A stretch of DNA of 64,000 nt from Chiloscyllium plagiosum (Eukaryota): the NCBI RefSeq assembly GCF_004010195.1, contig NC_057731.1:35385945-35449944 (forward strand), in the 5' to 3' direction. The notes beneath the pieces were generated by a model. That model saw only the letters and a program-made list of their open reading frames with translations. It was not told where the DNA came from and did not search any database. Made by a program: the position numbers and the translations under genes. Positions 12,230 through 24,245 of this stretch are shown piece after piece (within the stretch, counting starts at the first letter, position 1; every line of letters starts with the position of its first letter).

Positions 12230-15200
12230 TCCACCAATTGGGTTAATGTAATGTTTGCTTCATAACTTACAATGCGTTTATTGTTTTAAATAAACTAACC
12301 CACAGAGTTGTTAATCCCTGATGAGCAACTGATCACCAGACCATTATCATTAACATGACAAGGTGAACAATGTCATTGCTCTCAAAGCAAAATATGCTAA
12401 TAAGGCTTTTCAAGCTTGAAAAGTCAACATGCAAGTTAATCTAGAGGGGAAACATATGATTAACAGCATTAAAGTAAGGAAAAAAGGTACATGAGATAAA
12501 CCCTCTGAGGTCTTTGCTACTATATCAGAGTATGTTCAAAACACAATCCTAATCAGGAAGTCAATTTAACCCTCTTGGCAAAGGCAAAGGAGCAGTCTGC
12601 ATTCCAGATCAATAGCACACAAGGAAATGTTAAAGGCACGCTGTCAGAATATCCACAAACTCCCTACACTAAATTGGGGCACAGCAGACCTCCTAATAGA
12701 ATTAAAATGCTAAAACAGCATTCAAACCTAGGCTTTCTAGATTCTGGGGTTGCCAATGGGGGAAAGACAAGCCATCAAGATAGCTCAGAAACTGATAATA
12801 AAAGTTTACACGGACTTAACACATGAAGATTAACTGCCAAAGGCGCTAAAAGATCCCCAAAACCTAAAGAACCACATTAGAAAAGTTCAGAGTCAGAGTA
12901 AAAATTCAATATTAATTGGCTATGATTCATGTAATTTAAAGAGAAGTGTACAGACAACATAGATCACTCCATGAGCAGAGGTATGGAGAAAGGCACACTG
13001 TGATTTTATAGATGGGGATTCAGCAAATAGAATTGTTGGTTTGGTGGTGTTAGCCAACCCTACAGACATTTTCCAAAGAGATTTGCCAAACAAATTTACA
13101 TCCTCAAAGAGCTACCAAGGGGTGGACTTAACTACAAAGTGATCCTTGTAAGCAATGCAGCTTGCAGGTTCCAAGCATCAACTAGATGGCTTACATAATG
13201 CCTAGAACATCCAAATGTAGGAAAATATGTGGAAGATGTGAAGAAAATGACCATCTTCCAAGCAAACATGCAAAGCATGTCGCAGAGAAGGCTATTGGCA
13301 GAGGAAATGAACAAAGGCTGATGATGTTACAAAAAGCTGTGCACTAATCCAAATAGACCACATGCACAGAATCTTCAAGCTACAATGGTATCCTGCCAGA
13401 GATATACACATGATGTGACTGACAAACCAGAATCAGATTATGTACATGACAAGGCAATGAGTGGCAAACATGCTTCCTACTGTAAAACTTATGGAAAACA
13501 TCAATGTCATCACAAGCTCTAATCTGTTTGCAAAAGTCATAAGTATCTGTCATCAGAAGATAATGACAACTTATTATAGATTGCCACAGTGGCAACTGCC
13601 ATTATATTACCTCTGCAAAGTCCACATATACAAAAAAGCCCAAAGACATGAGATAACCTATAAATGTGAAAGATTTAACATAGTACTGCAGAACAGGTAC
13701 AACCAATCAATCAATGTTGTTGTTTTATAGATAAACCAGCATGTTATAACCTTGCGCTAGTCACAACACATAGAATTATTAAAACAACAAAGATAATGAA
13801 AATAGTAGGAAAATATTCAAGAAACACTCATAGAACTGAAGGGGAAAGACGAATCAAACACTTCACTTGCTTCTGAAAAAGTGGAGCTAAAATTTCAGCT
13901 TTCTGCTGTGAAGAGACAACTAAAAGTTCAAGAGGAAAAAGCTGAACCAAGAGTTCAGGATAAATCCAGACATAAGTATAGTCTGTGTGAAGAAGAATTA
14001 TTTAGGGCATACCTCTGCTCAATTCACACAGATGAATGAAGAGTTAGAGGAGAATGGAAGGAAGCAGGATGAACTATACACTCTGTATCAATATTCCCAC
14101 GCAAAGATTGTTGGTGTATAAGAATTGGTGCAACATGCATACTAAACAGATCAGGCTCAGCAGCGGCAGCTACAGAAACATTGTTTTGAGCTCAAACCAA
14201 TGCTGGAGAAAATTACAGACCTGCAAAAACTGTTGAAAATGGACAGTGCACACAAAAAAAAATGCATATCATGCATCTGGCAGTCCTTTCAGAAATAAAT
14301 GCCAGCAATGTGGAAGGACATAGGGAAAACAAAGCACCCACTGGTGCAGCCAGTGGACAAGGCCTATGCTTCAAAGGAAATAAAATGGAAGAAGAAAGTT
14401 GAAAAGTTGAAAGTTTCTGCAGGTGTGTGAATGGCAGTGCTCTCCTACCCCAGCCCAAATTATATAAAACATAGTTGGTGTTCCATTCCAGCCTAGTTTG
14501 GATAAGATGTCATCATTAGCATTGTAATGTGGCTCAGCCAACAAAACAAGTAGTCAACAAACCAGTCACTCACTGAGCCATATTCACAGGACAAATCTGT
14601 GTGGGAGGAGTGAAGGGTGGCTTTCCTGACCAGAGGTTGATTGAGGCCTTTAAGTAACCACCTCATCGCACCATTATTAGTGGACTCCCAAACCACTGTT
14701 AGCCCTGTCAGCTGTGCCTGGAGCCAGCTGTGTAGGTATGTAAAGGGGGGGAATATCCTTCATTCTTAGGCTCTACATAACCATTTGAAGGACCTAGCAC
14801 TGAGAGGGTGATCCTCCAGAAAGTCAATCTCCTGACCTTGCTTCAGTGCACTGGAGATCATCTCCCAATCACTCTATCCTGCTTACACTCCCCTCTTTCC
14901 AGGATCCAACAATGAAGCCTCCTGTAGGCCCATGGGTCCCAGTGGTGCTGCTGGTATGGGAGAGCTGCCAGAACACTCAGTCTTTAGCCTTGCAGGATGG
15001 GATTCCTGCCATTCTCAGTGCTTCATGCAACAGGAGGCTGTTGCTGTGTGGGTTATGTACTTGTTTGCTTTGAAACAGCACAGCCTCCTGAAGGAAAAAA
15101 CATAGCAATCCCAGCAGTCTCCCAGCTGCTGGGTGATACTCATCACCAACATTAAACCTCACTCTCTATTAGACTTCTAGTGCATTAAACCCATCCCCTC

Positions 15201-15406
15201 AAGCTGTTCAGAGGAATATGGATCTTAAATACTTTTTGTGATTTTAACCCTACTATGTTGAAAAGTTTCAGTAATATTTACAACACTGGCAACTTCAAAG
15301 ATTATCAAGACAAGAAGGATAACAATCAAATTAATGATCAAAATAATAAAATTATCCTTGTAATCAAATATCAAGCTCCAAATTGATATTAGGTTTTGTT
15401 ACTCAC

Positions 15407-15511
15407 ATCACTGTACAGTTCAGCATTAGCCTTGGCTTTAAGTAGATGAGGAACTTCAAGAGGCAAAGTGTATTGGGTTTTGGTCTTTTCATACTGTGCC
15501 CGATAATTCAA
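15407..15511 (-). CDS. NRAP: NRAP coding exon 15
   Basis: tag|LNYRAQYEKTKTQYTLPLEVPHLLKAKANAELYSD|gtgagt; 105 nt. Confidence 0.94.
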
Positions 15512-15529
15512 CTATAAGGAACAAACAGA

Positions 15530-16390
15530 GGCAAAGGTTTAGCAAAGGTCAGAAGTGGAGTTATTGTACAATGTTCAGCATTATTTGTGACTCCTCAGAC
15601 ATTGAAACAATCTATATTCAAATGCAACAAGACATGGACAATATCCAGGCTTGGACGAACAATTGGCACATAACATTCACTCCACATGTCAAGCAATGAC
15701 CAACTTCAATAAGAGACAGACGATCTAACCATTGCCCCTGAATATTCAATGGCATTATCATCACTGAATCCCACACTATTAACTTCGTTGGGATTACCAT
15801 TGACCAGAAACTTAACAGGACTCGCCATTATAAATACAATGGCCACAAGAGCAGGTCAGAAGCTAAGAGTACCAAAGCGAGTAACTAAGCCTGTTCACTG
15901 TCCACAAGATACAAGTCAGGAGTGAGCATGAATATTCCCCACTTGCCTGGATGGGTGTAGCTCCAACACCACTCAACGAGCTTGACACCATCCAAGACAA
16001 AGCAGCCCCCACTTGATTGGCACCACGCTCAAGTATCCACTTCTTCTATTACTGATGCTCAGTAGCAGCAGTGTGTACTGCACACATTCACCAAAGATCC
16101 TTAGACAGCATCTTACAAACCCACAACCCTTCATTCTAGAAGGATAAGAGCAGTGGTACATTGGAACACCACCACCTGCAGAGTCCACTTCAAGCCAATC
16201 ACCATCCTAACTTGGAAACATACACTGTCGTTGGGTCAAACTCCTGGAATTCCCTCCCTCAGGGCATTGTGGTCTACCTACAGCACATGGGCTGCAGCAG
16301 TTCAAGAAGACAGCTCATCATCACCTTTAAGGATTACTAGTGACAGGCACTAAATGCAGGCCCGGTCGGCGATGCCCGCATCCCTCTCTG
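15530..16390 (+). mobile_element. CR1/L2-group LINE 3' remnant
   Basis: MQQDMDNIQAWTNNWHITFTP resembles an RT C-terminus. The core ACACCATCCAAGACAAAGCAGCC recurs at ~28465-29050 (+), ~47040-47580 (+) and ~60460-60860 (-). Confidence 0.7.
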
Positions 16391-16662
16391 TTAATTAAAC
16401 TACATAAAGAATACAATGCACTAAACATATCCACCAAATTGTACAAAAAGAATGTTTACTCATTCTTCCTTCCAAAAGTTTTTGCCAGAAATGAAAATCA
16501 GCCTGTGGTTAAAGAATATCTTTGCAACATCTCTTTAAAAAAATCTTCCATTAAAATGGATAATTTTAAAGCAATCACACATCCATATTGTTGGCAGTAC
16601 CATCCTAGGTAATGCGTGCAATCCCATTTGCTGGTATAAAAGTTGGTACTTTCAAGACTTAC

Positions 16663-16761
16663 ATTGCTTAGTTGCTGTGCATTAATTTTTGCTTGTACTA
16701 TCTCAGGAGTGTCTGTTACTGATGAATACTTCAACTTATCCACTTGTTGTCTGTAGTACAT
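16663..16761 (-). CDS. NRAP: NRAP coding exon 14
   Basis: tag|MYYRQQVDKLKYSSVTDTPEIVQAKINAQQLSN|gtaagt; 99 nt. Confidence 0.95.
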
Positions 16762-17134
16762 CTAAAAGGACAGGTAAAAGTTTAAAGTAATATAAAAATG
16801 AGTCATTTCAAAATGGGACAATGGATGCCAGATATAAATATCAAATAATAATTAATGAAAATTAATGCAAGTACTCTATAACCAAACAATCTCTCAGTCA
16901 TGACAGAATTATGGTATTATATCACAGACCATTTGGCCCATCATGTCTATGGCAGCTATCTGACTCTGTTGCCTATTTAGAGCTATTCACTGTTCTCTAC
17001 AGTTACCTTTTACAGATATTTATCTATTTCTGTTTTAATGTCTATTTAGTTTCCACCACTGCTTCTGATAGACTGTTATATCCTAACAATGCCCTGGATT
17101 AAAACAAAAATCAATCACCCTACTCTTAGCACTT

Positions 17135-20100
17135 AGAAAATAAAACATTACAGTGCAGTACAGGCCCTTCAGCCCTCGATGTTGTGCCAACCAGTGAAAA
17201 TAATCTGTTGTCCATCTAACCTACACCATTCCATTATTATCCATATGTAAGCCCACTGAAATGCCCTTAACGTCAGCGAGTCTACTATTGTTGCAGGCAG
17301 GCCGTTTCATGCCCCTACTACTCTGAATGAAGAAACTATCCCTAATATCTGTCCTAAATCTACCACCCCTCAATTTTAAGCTATGTCCCCTCATGTTAGC
17401 CTTCACTATCCAAGGAAAAAGACTCTCACTGTCCATTCTATCTAACCCTTGATTATGTTATACGCCTCGATTGAGTCATCTCTCAACCTTCTTCTCTCCA
17501 ACAAAAACACCCTCCGTTCCCTCAGCCTTTCCTCATAAGACCATCCCTCCATACCAGGCAACATCCTAGTAAATCTCCTCTGACCCCTTTCCAAAGCTTC
17601 CATATCCTTCCTATAATGTGGTGACCAGAACTGCACACACTACTCTAGCTGCGGCCTTATCAGTGTCTTGTACAGCTGAAGCATGACCTTGTGGCTCCAA
17701 AATTCAATGCCCCTATCAATAAATACCAATACATCATATGCCTTTTTAGCAACCCTATCAACCTGGGTGGCAACTTTCAGGGATTTATGCACCAGGACAC
17801 TGAAATCTCTCTGTTCATCTACACTGCCAAGAATTTTACCATTTGCCCAGTACTCTGCATTCCTGTTACTTCTTCCAAAGTGAACTACCTCACACTTTTT
17901 CACATTAAACTCAATTTGCCACTTCTCAGCCCAGCTCTGTATCTTATCTATGTCCCTCTGTAACCCACAACAACCTTTGGCACTATCCACAACTCTACCT
18001 ACATTAGTGTCATCTGCAAATTTACTAACCCATCCACACATCCAGATCATTTATGAAAATGACAAACAGCAGTGGCCCCAAACAGATCCTTGCGGCACAC
18101 TACTGGTAACTAAGCTCAAGGTGAACATTTCCCATCAACCACCACCCTCTTTCTTCCTTCAGTCAGCCAATCTCTGATCCATTTCACTAAATCACCTTCA
18201 ATCCAGAAACTCTGCATTTTGTGCAATAGCCTACTATGTGGAACCTTATTAAACACCTTACTGAAGTCCATATAAACCACATCAACCACTTCACCCTCAT
18301 CCACCTATTTTATCACCTTCTGAAAGAACTCAATAAGTTAGTGAGGCACAACCTACCCTTCACAAAACCGTGTTGACTATCCCTAATGAAATTATTTCTT
18401 TCCAGATGATTATAAATCCTACTTCTTTTAACCGTTTCCAACCCCTTACCCACAACCGAAGTAAGGCTCACTGGCCTTTAATTACTGGGGTTGTTCCAAC
18501 TCCCCTTCTTAAACAAGAGAAAAACACCTGCTATCTTCCAGTCTTCTGGCTCTACTCTTGTCGACAATAATGACATAAAGATCAAAGCCAAAAGGTCTGC
18601 AATCTCCTCCCTGACTTCCCAGAGAATCCGAGGCTATATCCCAACTGGCCCCGGGGGTCTAATCTATTTTCAGGTCTTCCAAAATTGCTAAAACTTCCTC
18701 TTTGTCAACTGTAATCCTATCTAATCTAGTAGTCTGTATCTCCATAATCTCACTAACATCGCCCTTTTCCAATGCGAATACTGCCGAAAAGTATGCATTA
18801 AGCGCTTCCCCTATGTCCTCAGATTTCACATATAACTTCCTACTATTATTTTTGATTGGCCCTAGTCTTACTCTAGTCATTCTTTTATTCCTGATATACT
18901 TATGGTTTTCCTTGATCCTATCTGCCAACAATTTCTCATGTCCCCTCCTGCCTCTTCTTATTCCTCTCTTTAGATCTTTTCTGGCTAAAATATCTCTCAA
19001 GCCCCCTAACTCAGCCTTCACGCCTCAATCTCACATAAACCTTCTTCTTCTTCCTGACAAGAACTTCAATTTCTTTAGTAAATCATGGCACCCTCTCTTG
19101 ACAACTACCTCCCTGCCTGATAGGTACATACTTATCAAGGATCCGTATTAGCTGTTCCTTGAATAAGCTCCACATTTCAAGTGTGTCCATTCCCTGCAGT
19201 TTTCTTCCCCATCCTATGCATCCTAAATCTTACCTAATCGCATCCTAATTGCCTTTCCACCAGTTGTACTTCTTTCCCTGCTGTATATGTGAGGCAGCAG
19301 TGCTAACCACTGAGCCACTGTGCCACCCTAAGTATGGTCACTATTGCCAAAGTGCTCACCTACCTCCAAATCTAACACCTGACTGGGTTCATTCCCCAGT
19401 ACCAAATCCAATATGGCATTGTCCCTTGTTGGCCTGTCTACATACTGTGTCAGAAAACCCTTCTGTACACATTGAACAAAAACTGACCCATCTAAACTAC
19501 TTGAACTATAGTATTCCCAGTCAATATTGGGGAAGTTAAAGTCCCCCATAACAACTACCCTGTTACTCTCGCTCCTATCGAGAAACATCTTTGCTGTCCT
19601 TTCCTCTACATCCCTGGAACAATTCAGGGGCCTATAGAAAACTCCCAACAGGGTGACCTTTCCTTTCCTCTTTCTAACCTCAGCCCAAACTACCTCAGTG
19701 GATGAGTCCTCAAACATTCTGTTAGCTGCTGTAATACTACTCTTGATTAACAATGCCACACCACACCACCAGTGCTTCCCCACCCCCTTTTACCATCTTC
19801 TCTGCTCTTGCTGAAACAGCTAAATCCCAGAGTCTGCAACAGCCATTCCTGTCCCTCCATTAGCCATGTCTTTGAAATGGCTACATCAAAATCCCAGGTA
19901 CCAACCCATGCTGCAAGTTCACCCATCTTATTCTGGATGCTCCTGGCATTGAAGTACACACATTTCAAACCAACATCCTGATTGCCAGTGCCCTCTTGTG
20001 ACTGTGTAACCTATCCCTGACCTCACTACCCTCAACCTCCTGTACACAGGAACAACAATTCAGGTTCCCATCCTCCTGCTGCATAAGTTTAAACCCACCT

Positions 20101-20325
20101 GAAGAGCACTAGCAAATTTCCCTCCCACGATATTGGTCCCCCTCTGGTTCACGTAAAGACCATTCTCTTTGTAGAGGTCCCACCTTCCTCAGAAAGAGCT
20201 CCAATTGTCCAAGAATCCAAAACCCTCCCTCTTGCACCATCCCTACAGCCACGTGTTCAGCTCCACTCTCTCCCTGTTCCTCGCTTCACTAGCATGTGGC
20301 ATGGGCAACAAACCAGAGATACCAG
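17135..20325 (-). mobile_element. CR1-clade LINE (ORF1 3' end plus broken ORF2 with endonuclease and RT)
   Basis: ORF fragments KCVYFNARSI..., GVFYRP...VMGDFNFPNIDW...ILDLVL, VYMDFSKVFNKVPH, SKFADDT, QFWSPHYRKD; many frameshifts and stops. Confidence 0.93.
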
Positions 20326-22140
20326 AACTCTGTTTGTTTTGGAGCTGATTTTAATTTTTATTCTTCATTGCGGATGGACTTTCCAGTGAGAGTAATTTAC
20401 TGAATCTACCCGATTAGAACTGTTCAGTTCTTACTATTGTTATGATTTTCTCTTAAACTTGCTGTTCTATTGAAAGAAAATGTTTCTTCAAGTCTCCTCT
20501 TAACTACAGCCACTCTTGGCTGCTATCACATTAGTGAGACTGCCCTTCAACAGTTCTGTGGTCTTGACATCCTTTGTAAAGCAAGGTGGAGTTTAATCTT
20601 ATTTTAAGGTCTAAAAATGTTACGTCCTGTAATCAAGCAAATGATTTGCATTAATCTTAACTAATCTCTGATTCTGTATGTTTTGCTCTTGTTTGTGAAA
20701 CATAACATCTTAGATTTTTGCACCTTTTAACAGCCTTGCCACAAATAAAACAACGGTTGATGCTGTATTAAGGATGGTCCCAAGATCCACTGAGTTTTCA
20801 GAAATTGTTACAATGCACATTCACAGTCTTGCATCAGTTAAGAGTGAAGGAAGCACACTTGTGATTTATTTCTGATTTTAAATCTCACGATTTTACTTGA
20901 GCTAAATGGAGTATCTGTTTTCCCCCATTCCCCAACATAAATACCACAAGACATTGGTTAAGCCACAGTCTGTTCTGAAAGTAAATTAACAAAAAGTGAC
21001 TTTGTAATAGATCACCTCTTTTGTTTAGAACTTAAAAAAACCATTGTAGGCAGCTAAAAATACATCACATCTCAACTGCATACCATTCACCATGTTAACC
21101 ACACACACAGATGCCTTCTAACTGTGGCTTTGCTTTATTTATAGATTCATATTCATCAGCAAATACAAAGCATCCTAATCCAAAGTATCCTATTATTACC
21201 CACCTTAATATTTCAATACTACAGTTAAAGGGGAGAAACACAAATGAGTCAGAAAGTTTATTTCTCTAAAAGGAATTTCAACAATAGTATCTTAGTCACA
21301 AACTAAAAGAAAGATAAAGATTGCACTTATGCCACAGCTTTCACATCCAATGGATGTCCTGAAATATTGAACAGCCAAAAAAAACAAATACTTCTGAAGT
21401 ATCAATACAGGAAACACCACAGCCAATTTGTACGCAACAAGTTCCCACATCATCATACAACTGACCAGATAATCTGTTCAGACAAAAACAAAGAACTGTG
21501 GATGCTAAAGATCAGAAACAGAAACAGAACTGGAGCTCTGAATAAGCGTCACCGCACTCAAAACATCAGCTCTGCTTTCTCTCCACAGATGCTGCCAGAT
21601 ATGCTGTGTTTCTCCAGCAATTTCTGTAATCTATTTAGATGTTGGCCAGGCAAAAGGAGAAGGCCTTTAATCTTTAAATAATGCCTTGGGATCTGTTACA
21701 TCAATTGACCAGGCATAATGGGCACAATTTAACAGCTCATCAAAAAGACAAGGCATTGTCATACTGCACTGAAGCAATGGACAAAGAGATTTTTCTTAAA
21801 ATCAGTTTTGCCTCTTCATTTAGTTTGGGATCTGTTTAAAAAGCTTAGTACTTGCTTAAATATTAAGCATGTTGCACTTATTTAAATGTTTGCACTCCTA
21901 TAAAAATCATACCCAATAGTTTATACGGGTGCAGCACTGAACCATACAGACTAGAAAGACCCAGTTTCAAACCTGAGTTTGTCGAGTGGTAATGGTCTTT
22001 TTGATTGATATGGTCTGATGAAAATATCTGTCTAATCGCACTCAGGGGGAGGTAGAAAAATGGTAGTTTGAACCAGGTCCTAACAGAAACAGTGTCTAAT
22101 GAAAAGTAAGATTAGAGGAGGAATTATTCAAATGCCTTAC

Positions 22141-22245
22141 ATCTTTCAATGGGACAAGTTTCTTCAGAGTCTCGTATGAAGGTGCCTGGTCAGCTGCATA
22201 AAAGCAAAGCATTTTGTCCCCTTCCAAATCAGATTTATACTTCCT
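22141..22245 (-). CDS. NRAP: NRAP coding exon 13
   Basis: tag|RKYKSDLEGDKMLCFYAADQAPSYETLKKLVPLKD|gtaagg; 105 nt. Confidence 0.92.
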
Positions 22246-22774
22246 CTAAAACAGAAGGAAATATTACAAAGTCAGTGTTTTGACAGTAAAGTTAAATTCT
22301 TACAAAGTCAACAGGTAAAATTACTGGAACAACAACATTTCAAAACAATAAAGTGAATTGACCTTCTGACCCAGCTGTCTACCTGGGGAATGAGCTTGAC
22401 TGTCCATGCATATGAATATATACTCAGTAAAACACTAGACTGTTTGTAAGTTTGTTGTTTCAGTCAAGGGAGCTACTGTTTATTCTCAAATTGTATGTCA
22501 CTAGGGCCCAGATTGTGCCACAGCTGTGTAGTGCCACTCAAATCACCTAAACATCAAATGTTATCAATTCAGTATCATAATCTCAACACATTGTTCATGT
22601 CCATACCTCTGGGCCAGTGGGTTTGCGTTCAAGTCCTACCACAGGATCTGATAGCCACAACCATGTGTCTTAACACATCCAGGAGAAAGTGAGGTCTGCA
22701 GATGCTGGAGATCAAAGTTGAAACTTTATTGCTGGAACAGCACAGCAGGTCAGGCAGCATCCAGGGAACAGGAG

Positions 22775-22810
22775 ATTCGACGTTTCGGGCACAGGCCCTT
22801 CTTCAGGAAT
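22775..22810 (-). ncRNA. Minimal type I hammerhead ribozyme motif (intact core)
   Basis: AUUC-CUGAAGA-A-GGGC-CUGU-GCCC-GAAAC-GUC-GAAU: helix I AUUC/GAAU, 4-bp helix II, palindromic ACGU helix III; predicted cleavage after 22779. Confidence 0.8.
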
Positions 22811-22984
22811 GAGCAGAGAGTGTTCAGCAGGAGAAGATAAAAGGTAGGGAGGAGGGACTTGGAGGAGGGGCGTTGGAAATGTGATAGGTGGAAAGAGGTC
22901 AAGGTGAGGGTGATAGGTCGGAGTAGGATGGAGGCGGAGAGGTCAAGAAGAAGACTGCAGGTCAGGAAGGCGACCTCACTTTCT

Positions 22985-23152
22985 CCTGTATCCCATTGCA
23001 GACGACCTGCCCTCCCCCTGTCTGTATTCCATTGCAGACGCTCTGCCCTCCCACTGTCTGTATCCCATTACCGACGATCTGCCCTCCCCTGTCTGTATCT
23101 CATTGCAGACGATCTGACCCTCCCCCTGTCTGTATCCCATTGCAGACGCTCT
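22985..23152 (+). repeat. ~36-bp minisatellite (about 4.5 units)
   Basis: Unit ~TCTGCCCTCCCCCTGTCTGTATCCCATTGCAGACGA; mirrored at 23614-23778. Confidence 0.9.
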
Positions 23153-23272
23153 GTCTCCATTTGACATCTTATTGAATGACTATCCTGGTGCATGAGCAAA
23201 CTGAGCTCCATCTCCTTCATCCGGTTCATTAGAATAGATTGCAATTTGTTGATGATCTCATACAGATCCCTG

Positions 23273-23613
23273 NNNNNNNNNNNNNNNNNNNNNNNNNNNN
23301 NNNNNNNNNNNNNNNNNNNNNNNNNNNNNNNNNNNNNNNNNNNNNNNNNNNNNNNNNNNNNNNNNNNNNNNNNNNNNNNNNNNNNNNNNNNNNNNNNNNN
23401 NNNNNNNNNNNNNNNNNNNNNNNNNNNNNNNNNNNNNNNNNNNNNNNNNNNNNNNNNNNNNNNNNNNNNNNNNNNNNNNNNNNNNNNNNNNNNNNNNNNN
23501 NNNNNNNNNNNNNNNNNNNNNNNNNNNNNNNNNNNNNNNNNNNNNNNNNNNNNNNNNNNNNNNNNNNNNNNNNNNNNNNNNNNNNNNNNNNNNNNNNNNN
23601 NNNNNNNNNNNNN
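23273..23613. other. Assembly gap (N run)
   Basis: Run of N. Confidence 1.
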
Positions 23614-23778
23614 CGTCTGCAATGGGATACAGACAGGGGGAGGGTCAGATCGTCTGCAATGAGATACAGACAGGGGAGGGCAGATCGTCGGTAATGGGAT
23701 ACAGACAGTGGGAGGGCAGAGCGTCTGCAATGGAATACAGACAGGGGGAGGGCAGGTCGTCTGCAATGGGATACAGGA
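23614..23778 (-). repeat. ~36-bp minisatellite, inverted copy
   Basis: CGTCTGCAATGGGATACAGACAGGGGGAGGGCAGA units. Confidence 0.9.
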
Positions 23779-23951
23779 GAAAGTGAGGTCGCCTTCCTGA
23801 CCTGCAGTCTTCTTCTTGTCCTCTCCGCCTCCCTCCTACTCCGACCTATCACCCTCACCTTGGCCTCTTTCCACCTATCACATTTCCAACGCCCCTCCTC
23901 CAAGTCCCTCCTCCCTACCTTTTATCTTCTCCTGCTGAACACTCTCTGCTC

Positions 23952-23987
23952 ATTCCTGAAGAAGAGCCTGTGCCCGAAACGTCGAAT
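23952..23987 (+). ncRNA. Minimal hammerhead motif (one helix II mismatch)
   Basis: ATTC-CTGAAGA-A-GAGC-CTGT-GCCC-GAAAC-GTC-GAAT. Confidence 0.7.
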
Positions 23988-24089
23988 CTCCTGTTCCCTG
24001 GATGCTGCCTGACCTGCTGTGCTGTTCCAGCAATAAAGTTTCAACTCTTAACACATCCAAACATGTTGATTATAAACAAAATCTGAAAG

Positions 24090-24245
24090 GGCAACTGATG
24101 CTGTAAATCAGAAACAAAAACAGAAATTGCTAGAAAAGCTCAGCAAGTCTGGCAGCATCTGTTCTGAGGAAGAGTCACTAGATCAGAAACGTTAACTCTG
24201 ATTTCTCTCCACAGATGCTACCGGACCTGCAGGGTTTATCCAACA
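24090..24245. mobile_element. Short Penelope-derived hairpin element with degenerate hammerhead (24161-24196, +)
   Basis: GGCAGCATCTG...CAGATGCTACC arms; GTT-CTGAGGA-AGAGTCACTAGATCA-GAAAC-GTT-AAC. Confidence 0.65.

Larger units (their letters stand above)
22682..24045. mobile_element. Penelope-like composite inverted-repeat element with 14-bp TSD
   Basis: Arms ~22716-23148 and 23614-24045 are reverse complements with about 4 visible substitutions. Direct repeat TCTTAACACATCCA at 22668-22681 and 24046-24059. Hammerhead core in each arm. Confidence 0.85.

Noticed and set aside
12900-14350. Purine-rich stretch with NRYNQSINV, faintly like a Harbinger transposase motif
   Set aside because: Motif spacing does not fit and there is no continuous frame or terminal repeats; possibly a very old element but not assignable.
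22985-23778. 36-bp repeats resembling a CRISPR array
   Set aside because: Units are contiguous with no unique spacers, there are no cas genes, and the context is a vertebrate intron; it is a minisatellite.
23068-23903. Long ORFs in the track (also 50421-50813)
   Set aside because: Their length comes from reading through N gaps and tandem repeats.
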